A stretch of 64,000 nt of DNA from Octopus sinensis (Eukaryota), in the NCBI RefSeq assembly GCF_006345805.1, contig NC_043000.1, forward strand, positions 101,370,001-101,434,000, in the 5' to 3' direction. The notes beneath the pieces are model-generated. The model was given only the letters and a program-made list of their open reading frames with translations. It did no database searches and was not told the DNA's origin. Shown here in pieces: positions 50,461-64,000 of this stretch; position 1 is the stretch's first letter, and the number at the start of each line of letters is the position of its first letter. The translations under genes and the position numbers were made by a program.

Positions 50461-51337
50461 CAGGGTGCAGCAAATAAACTGTCATCTAAATTACACAAAA
50501 ATGAAAATAACACTGACATCTCATTTTAACAGATGTATTTACCAAAATTACATAAAAATATTTTGAAATACTAAAGAGTAAATTTATTCAATGAAATTGC
50601 CATTGGCTTCAATCATGGCCTCCAGACAACTTTGGAACCTCCTGCAACTTTTCTGGATGGTCTCCTTGTTTAAGTTGGTGAACGCTGCCACAATCTTGCC
50701 TTCGGTTCATCCTTGGTGTTACAAGGAGTTTTGTTGGTCTCTCACTCAACTGTGCTTCACACATAATAATCAAATCAATGGGGTTTCAGCCTGGGAGTTA
50801 GGTGACCAGATGTTAGGGGTGATGTGGTTTCAGAATTTGTCTGACAGCTATGGTTGGGTTCTCCTGCTTGTGTGGTATGGTGCAGAGTCTTGTTACCAGA
50901 CATAATTTCTTCTAGCAGCTGCCCGCCTGACCCAGGGCAACACTACCTCCTCAAGGCACCTGATGTAGGCATCTGTGTTGAGTCTGAGGCTGAGTGGTAA
51001 GATGAATGGCAGCATAATGTTACCATCAGTAGTGATCACTCCAAACACCATGATGTTGACTGGATGTTTGATTTTTTTCACTCTTGGTACATGTCCTCAG
51101 ATTGACACCCAAACCCTCTGAAATATTCATAATGGAGCTTCTGGCGTGAATGCCAAGCAGTACAGCATGTCATTTCCAATTTTCTGGCAGAGTGAATTGC
51201 ATCATGGTGCTGCTTTTCTCACAGATGGTGCCCAACTGACCCTGCTATGCTGTGTAGTTGATTAAATGAAATGCGTGAAATTAAAAATGCCTGAAATTGA
51301 AAATATGAAATGATGACAATTTATCCATCACACCCTG
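50461..51337 (-). mobile_element. Non-autonomous maT-type (DD37D) element
   Basis: TIRs cagggtg.../...caccctg; ORF 50893-51081 KHPVNIMVFGVITTDG; reconstructed QD-to-LDY spacing of 37 residues. Confidence 0.9.
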
Positions 51338-52147
51338 TGTGTGTGTGTGTGTGTGTGTTAATGCATGCACACACACACACACACACATACACGTACATGC
51401 CACACAACAGGATTCCCACAGTTTCTGTATAGGAAATATTGGTTGGCCCAATCTATTGCAGAAATATGTTTTGTTTCTTTCTATGACTTGACATGTGTGC
51501 ACACACACACACACACACACACGCACACACACACACACACACCAAATCACAGACACACACAGACAAATACACACATATAACTTGAATACGTAACTATAAG
51601 TCTGACAAAAGATGTTTTCTGAAACTTATTATTTCGGATTAAATTTGAAGAAGTGTGGAGTTAAGATATATATATTTAATGTAGTTGATTCAAAACATAA
51701 AGTTGTTTGCTTCATTTGAGAAGATAAATAAAAATTTCAAAAGCTAACTTAATTATGGAAAGTTTAGAATACATATAGTTAGTAAACAAGGAAAGTATAT
51801 GACAAAAGTTTGAACAAAAATTTTGGAATAAACAATACTATACGTAGATATATGTGGAGAATATGATACAAGACAATCTTCTACAAAATGAAGAAGAAAT
51901 TGATGGAAATAAATGTGAATGTAGTACATAGATCTTGAAAAATTGGTATTGTAAATAACTTTGAATTATCAGAGACAACGTTGATAAAATATGTCAGGCG
52001 ATATAGCAAATATGATGTGGTCCATGTTCTGTGGCAGCTCTCTTTTAGAGTCAACCTCAGTACGTTAACACACACACAATATATAATAATATATATGTGT
52101 GTACATATATATATATGTTAAAGTAATAAAATTAATGTCTCGTCATA

Positions 52148-52207
52148 GCGTGACCAATGGTTTTGCATCCATGAAGGCTGAAGCTTCATGGACAACTCAT
52201 CAAACTC
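52148..52207 (-). ncRNA. Decayed hammerhead motif
   Basis: gagt tTGATGA gtt gtccatgaag cttcagc cttcatggat gc aAAA ccattgg TC acgc; 10-bp stem II; C3 and G12 mutated. Confidence 0.5.
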
Positions 52208-52296
52208 TAGTCCAAAGACAAACTGCTTTACTGCTCTATATTCTAGATTGTGCTTCTTTTTTGGATATATGATACATTGACGATATATATATATGT

Positions 52297-52702
52297 AGGA
52301 GTGGCTGTGTGGTAAGTAGTTTGCTTACCAACTACATGGTTCTGGGTTCAGTCTCACTGCGGGGCACCTTGGGCAAGTGTCTTCTACTATAGCCTCGGGC
52401 CTACCAAAGCCTTGTGAGTAGATTTGGTAGACGTTGTATATATGTCTATATATATATATGTATGTGTGTGTATATGTTTGTGTGTGTATATGTTTGTGTG
52501 TCTGTTTTTATGCCCCCAACATCGCTTGACAACCGATGCTTGTGTGTTTATGTCCCTGTAACTTAGCAGTTCAGCTAAAGTGACTGATAGAATAAGTACT
52601 AGGCTTACAAAGAATAAGTCCTGGGGTCGATTTGCTCAACTAAAGGCTGTGCTCCAGCATGGCCACAGTCAAATGACTGAAACAAGTAAAAGAATAAAAG
52701 AA
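52297..52702 (+). mobile_element. SINE family A, full length
   Basis: A box tggctgtgtgg, B box gggttcagtctc, tail tgactgaaacaagtaaaagaataaaagaa. Confidence 0.92.
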
Positions 52703-52760
52703 TACACACACACACAAAGGGTTTCTTTTAGTTTCCATGTAGTCATATATGTTTTATAAC

Positions 52761-53158
52761 AGGTGTAGATGCAGCTGTGTGGTTATAAGGTTTGTTTCTC
52801 AATCACAAGCTTTTAGTTTCAGTCCTACTGTGTGGCAGTATGGGCAAGTGTCTTTCACCATTGCCCTAAGCATGTGCATGTGCATTCACACGCACGTGTG
52901 TGTGTGTGTGTGTGCCTCCTTATCTTGATGTTTCATGATATTTGTAAATGAGTGCCACTGTCATACAAGCAGTGTCATTATTCTTTAATCCTCCTTGAAA
53001 ACATGTCTGTGTCATACAGATGTATTACTTCGCTTGGAAACAAGTGAGACTTGATGGTAAGAAGGGCATCTGGCTATAAAAAAATTGCTTCACTGAATTC
53101 CATTTGACCTATGCAAGCATGGAAAAGTGGTTTTTAGAACTATGATGGTGATGATGAT
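52761..53158 (+). mobile_element. Family-A-headed SINE with RTE-derived tail
   Basis: Head/CORE as family A, (TG)n, a different body, then gaagggcatctggctata...cctatgcaagcatggaaaagtgg...(GAT)n. Confidence 0.8.
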
Positions 53159-54499
53159 CATAACATCACAGTTAGATAGTAAAATTGGTTTAGTTAATAG
53201 CATTATTGACATCATGTTCTACAGAATCTCTTTTGATGTTGTGCTATTTTCTGTTGAAATTGGTCTTGGATTATCTTTGCCTTTCATCCATATGAGCTGA
53301 TAAAATAATATTAGTTGACTTATCTTCTCATTTTAAAATCTTGGCCTTGTTCCCTGTCAAAGGAAATCAAATCTGTCTATCTATCTCTCTATCCATCATC
53401 CACACACACACAAACACTGATACTCACACGTACATACACATACACACAAATGGTTGGAGGAAAAGTAATGAGTATAACATATCAAATATACTGAAGGGTG
53501 AAATAAGTTGTTAGTAAAAGCTATTTGTATAAGAAATGACTAAAAACACTCCAATTGAGAATCTTATTGAAATCACTGAAAAAAATAAGTCCGAAGGCCA
53601 TTTGAAAATTTGGCGCTATGGAAAATATGGTAACTCTTCATGCATTCTAAGTTATTTTTAACCACTGATTTTTGTCATACTGAGTTGTAATTTTGGCAGA
53701 TAATAGGAAATACCCAAGAGCGGTAGAAATTCTGGTGTTGATAGTGAGCCAGATATTCAGATAATTTCCAGTATGGTAGTAAGTATGGAAATCCTCGTTT
53801 TATGGTTTCCTACAGTAATCATCTTTACTCTTCAACTTTTGCTAAGGTTGATGGAATAAGTAGCTGTACCCGTAATATACACCTGAAGGGGAATTATAAT
53901 TCAATCACTGGAGCACACTTAGACTTTCAAGGTAAAAAAAAAAAAAATTGCTTTGCTCTCTACAGATGGAAATCATTATCAGGACATGCACATCAGATTG
54001 CAGAGAAGAACAGCATGCAAGCATATGCATTTGCATATATACACATAAGAAAATAATTTTAAAGGAAACGTAGAAATGCCTGAATTTGTGGTATCTTTAA
54101 TGTGTGTATGAAAATGTCTGTGTGTTGTAAATAATTTAAAAATTGTTCGCTTGGCTTTTGTCATTCAGTAAATTTTAATTGAATTTTTCACTCAATTATT
54201 TCTTCTGATGACTGCCTGGTGAGAATCTGAGTAGTCTCTGTTTAAATTGATAAATTCCATTATTTGGTGTTTGTCTGCATGGGTGCATGTATGCATGTGT
54301 GTGTGTGTGTATATATATGTATTTATATATATGCATAAATTTTAGCATATATATACCTACACAGCACACACATATACACACATACATCAGTACAAACATA
54401 CATGTATTTATAGATTGTGTGTGTGTATGTATGTATTTAATGGTAAATAAAGTCTGAAATTCAAAGAAACCAGTGATAGAGTGTTTCATCAACAATGAG

Positions 54500-55440
54500 T
54501 CCCTGGGAGAGTTCCTTAAAGATTTCTGTTTATTTAATTACCATGAAGGGTGAAAAATCCAGTACAATTTGAAACATGAGTGCCTTGGAATTTCTTAAGA
54601 GATGTATCTACAACAAAGGTGACAATGATATATGCTATGAAAGCACTGCTTTTCAACAAACATTCTGCCTGAGTCAAGAGGTCAGACCTCATGGATTCAC
54701 TCAATGACAGTATGGGGTTGTTTGACAGTGCTGAGATATGTGATTCTGTGAGAATGTATATCCTAGAACAAGAAACTTATCACAAAAGCCTTAGTTTTAT
54801 AAAGAGACAATGATTTGGCTATGTTCCAGCATACCAATCGACATATATTAAATACACTTACTAATAGATAACAAAATCTTGGACAATGCAGTGCTCTTCT
54901 ATAATAAGCACAAAAATGCTGCTTATATTCTTAACTCCTAACTTTCTCTCATCATTCAGTTGTAAGAAAATAAGTAATATTATTTGGTTCACATTCCCTT
55001 TTCTTTAATTTATTACATTGCTAAAAATGTTTCCCTTTGAATAATTAATCATTTTCGTATTAATCACTGATTCAGAAAAATGTTCCTTAAATATCAACTA
55101 AGAATGAATTACAGCTGTGCTACTAATAATATAAAATACTTTATGACAAATGAATCTACACAATTAATCATGTTTATCTGCACATGCAGAAATGTAAATA
55201 TATGCCCTTTTAATTGATTATGCAATACTGAAATGATTATCCATCAAATCAGACCTAAACAGCATGTGTAAATGTGATGTAGGTAAGGTGAAAGATAAAT
55301 TTAATGATATTTCAGCCACAATTCTTCCTTCAGAAATTTGTAAAGGTATAACACAAGAAAACTATGCCTGGATGTCAAAAGAACAGTTATTTATAACATG
55401 AGTCCCTACCAACTTTAAGTCATTAACTTTTCCTTATTTA
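54500..55440 (+). pseudogene. Highly decayed Penelope-like (Naiad-type) element
   Basis: RT motif MGLFDSAEICDSVRMYIL (54712), NIIWFTFPF (~54976), NYSC (~55105) and CTCRNVNICPFN*LC (55179) in the expected order with large deletions. Confidence 0.7.
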
Positions 55441-57056
55441 TTACATTAGAGCAGGGTTTACAACACAACTAATTACAAGATGCAGTTCATTTCTGTACAA
55501 ATTTTAACAATCTTATTGTGCTTATTAAGGCTGGTTCAACCCAAAACTTTGTGCTTGCACAAAGTTCTATGCAGTGGAAGCAAAACCAGAAATGCAATTG
55601 TGAAGTAAACTCCAATCCATACATTGTATCTTAATTCCATATACTTGTCTATCACACCATAAACTTGGCTACTTATGGCCCTTGGAAAAATGTAGCTCAA
55701 TTGTTTATCTTTTGACTGACAAACTGACCATCACATACTTGCAAATACACACACACATACATGCATATACACACACAGACACACAAGAAGCCTCATAATA
55801 ATGAATACACAAGAAGTACTTATCTATACAAACATTAACTAACACATTAGCCTTGTCTGTCAGAAATATTTTCAAAGCAGTTCAATTGAACCAAACCTCT
55901 AGCCCTGCCCTGTACCAACCAAGTGAAATATATTGAACTAAAACTGTTCACACTTTTGGTTCCGAGCTAACAACTTCGTTAAAATCTTCAGGCTCAGTTT
56001 TGTCATTTGTTATTCAGCAAGTTTTCAAGTTTTCCCATATATTTCCCAACATAATAATCTTTTCCATTCTCTGATGATTTATTTCTAGTCATTTAAGCAT
56101 ATGTTAAGATGTATTTATTTGGAAGTTCTTGTTTCGTCAATCTGTTTGCGCTTTGTCATTTGTTTGTTTGCTTGTTGTTGTTGTTGTTTTTTTAGCCTAG
56201 CTGTACCTATCATCTCTTCATCTTTACTCAACATGATTAAAATCTGAAGTAGCTTTGACAAGATTTTGACCTCACAATTGAAGTGGTTAATTACTTTTCC
56301 CCACCAGTTTCCAGCAAATTAAACACCTATAAAGATAGCTGACATTTAACTTTCCTGTTAAATTGATCAAGACAAGAAGTGGCTGTAGGTATCACATCAG
56401 ATGCAAATAACTGTGCCACTGGCAGGGATGAACTCTTACTTTTGAGCTGCCTATTGAGGACAACTTTTCATTTATCTTTCTCCCTTTCTCTCTCTTTTTG
56501 TTACCATGAGTTCTCAAAGAATTATAGTGAAGTAAGAATATTAACTTAGTAAATATTAATAATAATGATGATGATTTCGTTAAATAGCTAAAGAAAACGT
56601 TTTTGTACATTTGTGATTCAAGTTCAAATACTGCCAACGTCACCTTCACTTTTTATTGTTTGGTAGAGGTTGGGGAGTAAGGGCAATAAAGTAAAGGACC
56701 AGTCAAGTACTGAGGGATGATTTAATTGACTAACTCATCTTGCTGTCCATAAAATAAAGTACTTGTCAAATGCTGGGGTTGATATAATCAACTTTAGCCA
56801 TCCCCCAAATTCCAAGTTTTATGCTAATGGAAGAAGTAATGAATATTATCTTATTCTTTTCATCTTAGTTTCTGTTGTACATCCTGAGGTCTTTCATGCA
56901 TAGCAAGCTTCCTGCCTGTAGCCTATGGTACCATGCTATCTATTCTTTACTCATAATTAATAATAATGATAATAAATTCTTCTTCTTCTTCTTCTTCTTC
57001 TTCTTCTTCTTCTTCTCCTTCTTCTCCCCCCCTCCTCCTCCTCCTCCTCCACACTA

Positions 57057-57115
<59 letters not shown>

Positions 57116-57548
57116 GCTACTACTACTATTACTAATAATAATAATAATAATAATAATAATGATTGCGGGAAAGATAGAGGAGCTCTAGACTAAGCAGCTT
57201 TAGGTTATCTCTTTTATATTCTGAGTTCAAAATTCCAGTGAGTTCAACTTATGAATGACTCCCTTTTTTTATCATTGTTCAGCTTCTTTGACTCATTTGT
57301 CTATCTTTTGTGTTTTTTTTTTTTTATTTTCCAGTGTGATGCAAATGTTTAATATTTTCTAATGGTCAAAATTTTAGTTCTGTGACCTCTCACGTTAGTT
57401 ATTTTATGTAGGTCCACTTCAATAATGGCTTTTGAATGCTCATTGTTATTTACAGAAGGTTATCTGTGATATTGGGCATCTTGAAGGCTCTTCCCTTCAC
57501 TAGAAAATTTTTGGCACCAATATAGAGCTGTACACTTGTTGAAAGCCT

Positions 57549-58040
57549 TTGGCCAGTTGCTCAGTTGATATTGCAAGCAGTTTCTGCTGCTTTGTAATCT
57601 ATTTCTAAACTCATACAATAAAATAGCTTAAACTTGTATTAATTTGACAGCCTAAAATAAACAAGAATAAACAGTGAAGGCAAACCCATTTGCATAAATC
57701 AGTTGAACATTAACATTGTTCTTCCATTATTTTATTCTTTTACCTGTTTTAATCATTGGAATACAGGAATATCTCTTGAAGGATTTAGTTGAACAAATCA
57801 TCCGCAGTTCTTATTTTTAAGTCTATCAAGTTCTTTATGCAAAACTGCTAAGTTACGGGGACACTAAAAAACCCAATACTGGTTGTCAAGTGAGATCTGT
57901 TTGGTTGCTTGTACAGTAACTGTTTGGTACCTACCGTAATGTAAATTTATTAACCCTTTAACATTTAAACTGGCTATATCAAGCCCTAATATTCTACCTG
58001 TTTCATGTTCAAGCTGCCTAGATCTAGTTTCTCATACTTC
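57549..58040. repeat. Source block of a ~490-bp local duplication
   Basis: Near-identical to 59404-59890; contains a SINE 3' piece and the left part of a MITE. Confidence 0.95.
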
Positions 58041-58170
58041 CTCTACATCATTCCAAAAATAAGCTATCACACGATTGAAATTTCAAAGCTATGAGATAAT
58101 ACATAATTAATTCAAGAAAATGGGAATAAATATGCACTATGTATGACAGCGTCATCTGAATGCTAAAGGC
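57954..58170. mobile_element. piggyBac-type MITE (217 bp)
   Basis: TTAA flanks (57950-57953, 58171-58174); TIRs ccctttaacatt / aatgctaaaggc. Confidence 0.8.
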
Positions 58171-58707
58171 TTAATAGACTTTGTTTTCAATTCAGCTTCT
58201 GTTTCAGTGAGGAATTTCTTATCATTTATTTCCCTAATAAACTTAGTAAATGCATGGACACTGCTGTTCCATGTTTCACTTCATCGAATCCAAAATAAAG
58301 TTCCACTGCATTGAAGAGAACCATGTTCAAGGAAAGAATAGGATCTTCTTCATCTTCTTCACTCTTATGTAATCCAGTGAAGTATCATGCCTCATATGCA
58401 AAAGGCTGAGGGTAGATTTTGATTATCATGCCTTCATTAATATTAAAGTCATAACAATCTGATATAGGAAAGCATATATAGTTGTAATGTTGTATAATTG
58501 GTCAATTTGCTAGATATAGCAGCCAATTCTCCCTCATATTACACCATACCATTATAAATGTTTCATGATCCTGTTACAGGCTTCCAGTGAATCCAAGTGC
58601 CACGTAGGGTATTTCCATTTGCAAGCACTGTTTTGTTTTGTTTTGTTTTCTCATCAATGTTTACATCTTTTTAAAATAAACAACATACACTCTTCCCATA
58701 TATAAGA

Positions 58708-59075
58708 CTGGTATGACTGCGTGGTTAACATATTCACTGTGCAACCATGTGCTTTCAGGTTCAGTCCTATTATGTGGCACCTTGAATAAGTGTCTTCTGC
58801 TATATCCTTAGGCTGATCAGTGCCTTATGACTTGTGACTGAATTTGGTAGATAGAAACTGTATGGATGTCTGTCATATATGTAAATGCATATTGGTGTGT
58901 TTGCGTTAGTACCTACCACTACTTGAAAACTAGTATTGGTTTGTTTATGTCCTTGTAACTTAGTGGTTCAACGAAAGGCACCTTAGAGTAAGTAACAGAA
59001 TTAAAAATATAAGTACTGGAGCTGATCGATTCAACTAAAGCAAGCTGATGCCCATGCCCCAGCATGTTCACAGTT
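58708..59075 (+). mobile_element. SINE family A, older copy
   Basis: tgactgcgtggtt...ggttcagtcc...tggcaccttgaataagtgtcttc...ccccagcatg. Confidence 0.8.
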
Positions 59076-59318
59076 CAATATGTATATATATGTGTGTGTG
59101 TGTGTGTGTGGTGTGTGTGTGTGTGTGTGTATGTGTGTTTGTGTGTGTATGTATATATATTTCATTTAGTCAAGACTACTGAAAAGGTTACAAGACGCAA
59201 CGAAAATTTTAGGAAAATAAAAATAAGAAATAAGTGGAAATTTTACCGGTGAATGTGTTACATTATAAGGCACAAAAAGAAAATGACTCTCCCCAGACAC
59301 AAAACAATATGTATACAT

Positions 59319-59360
<42 letters not shown>

Positions 59361-59361
<1 letters not shown>

Positions 59362-59890
59362 TCATCATCATCGTTTAACGTCCGCTTTCCATGCTAGCAT
59401 GGGTTGGTCAGTTGCTCAGTTGATATTGCAAGCAGTTTCTGCTGCTTTGTAATCTATTTCTAAACTCATACAATAAAATAGCTTAAACTAGTATTAATTT
59501 GACAGCCTAAAATAAACAAGAATAAACAGTGAAGGCAAACCCATTTGCATAAATCAGTTGAACATTAACATTGTTCTTCCATTATTTTATTCTTTTACTT
59601 GTTTTAATCATTGGAATACAGGAATATTTCTTGAAGGATTTAGTTGAACAAATCATCCGCAGTTCTTATTTTTAAGTCTATCAAGTTCTTTATAACTGCT
59701 AAGTTACGGGGACGTAAAAAACCCAATACTGGTTGTCAAGTGAGATCTGTTTGGTTGCTTGTACAGTAACTGTTTGGTACCTACCGTAATGTAAATTTAT
59801 TAACCCTTTAACATTTAAACTGGCTATATCAAGCCCTAATATTCTACCTGGTTCATGTTCAAGCTGCCTAGATCTAGTTTCTCATACTTC
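59361..59890 (-). mobile_element. Chimeric insert: 47-bp RTE 3' tail fused to a copy of 57549-58040
   Basis: atcatcatcatcgtttaacgtccgctttccatgctagcatgggttgg followed directly by tcagttgctcagttgat...; TA-rich on both sides. Confidence 0.9.
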
Positions 59891-62011
<2,121 letters not shown>

Positions 62012-62012
62012 T

Positions 62013-62389
62013 GTTGCATCACCTTTAAGGTACATCCAAGGCTTGGGCCCCTGCCATCCGCCCAAAACAAAAATCGCACTCTCATCTCATAACAACCAAT
62101 ACCGCACTATTTTTCACCTCAATGGCCCCGCTCTCTTTAACATTACACCAACAACAAATTAAACAGAAACTGACCCTATAGGGTTCAAGAAGTCTTTGGA
62201 CAGATTCCTTCAAGAAATCCCGGATAAACCCCCTACACCCGGATATGTCTCTGTAAACAATACTCTCTACTTGAGTGGGCCATAGTGCCCAAATTCTGAC
62301 TTGAAAGACTTCACCAGGTGGTGCTATTAAGTTAGACTGGCCTGGGCAATAATGGACGAAACCTATCAAAGTATCAAAGTATCAAAGTA
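62013..62389 (+). mobile_element. CR1-group LINE 3' end with (TATCAAAG)3 tail
   Basis: ITFKVHPRLG...FKKSLDRFLQEIPDKPPTPGY; related to the end of 38240-39465; 8-bp tandem tail of the CR1 kind. Confidence 0.8.
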
Positions 62390-62394
62390 TATAT

Positions 62395-62467
<73 letters not shown>

Positions 62468-62538
62468 TAATTATATATATATATATATATATAAATATAT
62501 ATATATTAATATATATTATTATAATAATATTATATTTA

Positions 62539-62579
<41 letters not shown>

Positions 62580-63413
62580 TATATATATATATTACACAGA
62601 TATACACAAATCTATGCATTGGCCTTCTGAACATTTTCTGCTTACAAAATTTTATTTACATTATATACTGCTCTATAAACAAAGAGTGTGCTTCTTTTTT
62701 TCAGATTTATGTTTTAAACCGACGATATGTATATATATATATATATTGATGCCCATTCATACGCCACCCCCACACACACATATATATTTGTATATACACA
62801 TATGATTGTTACCGTTTCTTAAGTTCATTAATAAATATCTATCAACCTGTACATCGACACATTTTTTGTCCATCTACTTAGAAAGTTTGTAATCATCTTC
62901 ATTATTAGGTACATATAATATATATACACATACATACGTACATATATATATATATACACATATATATGTATATATATATATGTATATATATATATACACA
63001 CGCATATATATATATATACATATATATATATACATATACACACACACACACATATATATATATATTAAACATTTGTTTGTATTGCTTCTGCCTTTCTATA
63101 TTATGTGAGATTCCAGTGCCAAAACTTTTACTTGGTATTTTGGCACTTACAAGGCTTTCGTATGTCTTTCTTTAACTTTTTTTTTTTTTTCATTATTGAT
63201 TTTCAAGGGTATTTTGTATATCAGCAGAAAAGCACTCTGTTTAAAAAGGAAAATTGTAAACGCATATTTGATATATATACTTCTGGTATACTTGTCACTA
63301 AAAGCTGAGTAAAATGTGTATTTATTTTTTTTTTTTTTTATTTAGAGGCTATTGATTATATAAGAAAAGCTAGATTTGGGTTTATTAAATATACCTTCAA
63401 TGATTTATATTCA

Positions 63414-63513
63414 NNNNNNNNNNNNNNNNNNNNNNNNNNNNNNNNNNNNNNNNNNNNNNNNNNNNNNNNNNNNNNNNNNNNNNNNNNNNNNNNNNNNNNN
63501 NNNNNNNNNNNNN
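63414..63513. other. Assembly gap (100 N)
   Basis: Run of exactly 100 N, a usual placeholder for an unsized gap. Confidence 0.99.
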
Positions 63514-63714
63514 TCATTCACTGATATTCTGAATAGCTTCTAGGATGAAATATAATCCGGTGAATGTAACTGAAGCAGTATTTAATTAAGTAGCCATCTA
63601 TGCATCATACCTAATGTAAATACATTGTTGAAAACCAAATTTGCTGCTGTATTCTAGATGCTATCTCATGGTTATTCATGACCAAAGGGGGTGTTTACCC
63701 ATTTTATGTATGTA

Positions 63715-63930
63715 TGAGGGGGTACTGAAAAGTTTCTGGCTTTGGGTAAAAAAAATAGTGAGGGATCACTTAATTATGATTTTATTCAACATATTCCTCT
63801 CTCAGATTCACACACTTATTGCAGCAGTCCTTCAGTTTTTCTAAGCCCTGTAAAAGGATTCGAAAGGTTGGATCTTCAACTGGGCCTTTTGTGATACCCT
63901 TGAAGCCAGAAACTTTTTGGCACACCCTCG
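63715..63930. mobile_element. Mariner-type MITE (216 bp)
   Basis: TA flanks; TIRs tgagggggtactgaaaagtttctggctt / aagccagaaactttttggcacaccctcg. Confidence 0.88.
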
Positions 63931-64000
63931 TATGATTGATTGATTGACTGATTGATTCATTGATTCATTGATTCATTAATTGGTTGACTGATTCATTCAT

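Noticed and set aside
53760-54030. Splice-like signals (gtaagt, ttcctacag, aaggtaaaa, ctctctacag) suggesting small exons
   Set aside because: Implied introns are only ~35-40 nt and no recognisable peptide results; RNA-seq would be needed.

Overview
AT-rich, microsatellite-saturated eukaryotic DNA with no host protein-coding exon I can support. Nearly all short ORFs in the track are translations of (TA)n, (TG)n, (AAT)n or (CAT)n repeats, or of transposon debris. The repeat content looks most like an Octopus (coleoid cephalopod) genome; this is inferred from the repeat types and was not checked by search. Retroelements: at least three tRNA-headed SINE families, several copies of one RTE-clade LINE with a PHD finger after its RT, CR1-type and R4/Dong-type LINE fragments, and three decayed Penelope-like (Naiad-type) fragments. 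DNA elements: mariner and maT (DD37D) derivatives, piggyBac-type and mariner MITEs, and a probable non-autonomous Helitron. There is a 100-N scaffold gap. Four signals stand out. (1) A ~530-bp head-to-head palindrome (7749-8276) whose arms each combine a Pol III tRNA-like head, an (AAT)n spacer and a minimal type-I hammerhead ribozyme; it is a candidate ribozyme-bearing SINE, possibly mobilised by Penelope-like elements. (2) Several more, mutually unrelated hammerhead motifs across the window. (3) A 47-bp RTE tail fused by microhomology to a ~490-bp copy of nearby DNA. (4) A two-headed fold-back mariner whose junction reappears inside a different mariner 2.3 kb away. Coordinates were read by eye, and the ends of decayed repeats are approximate.
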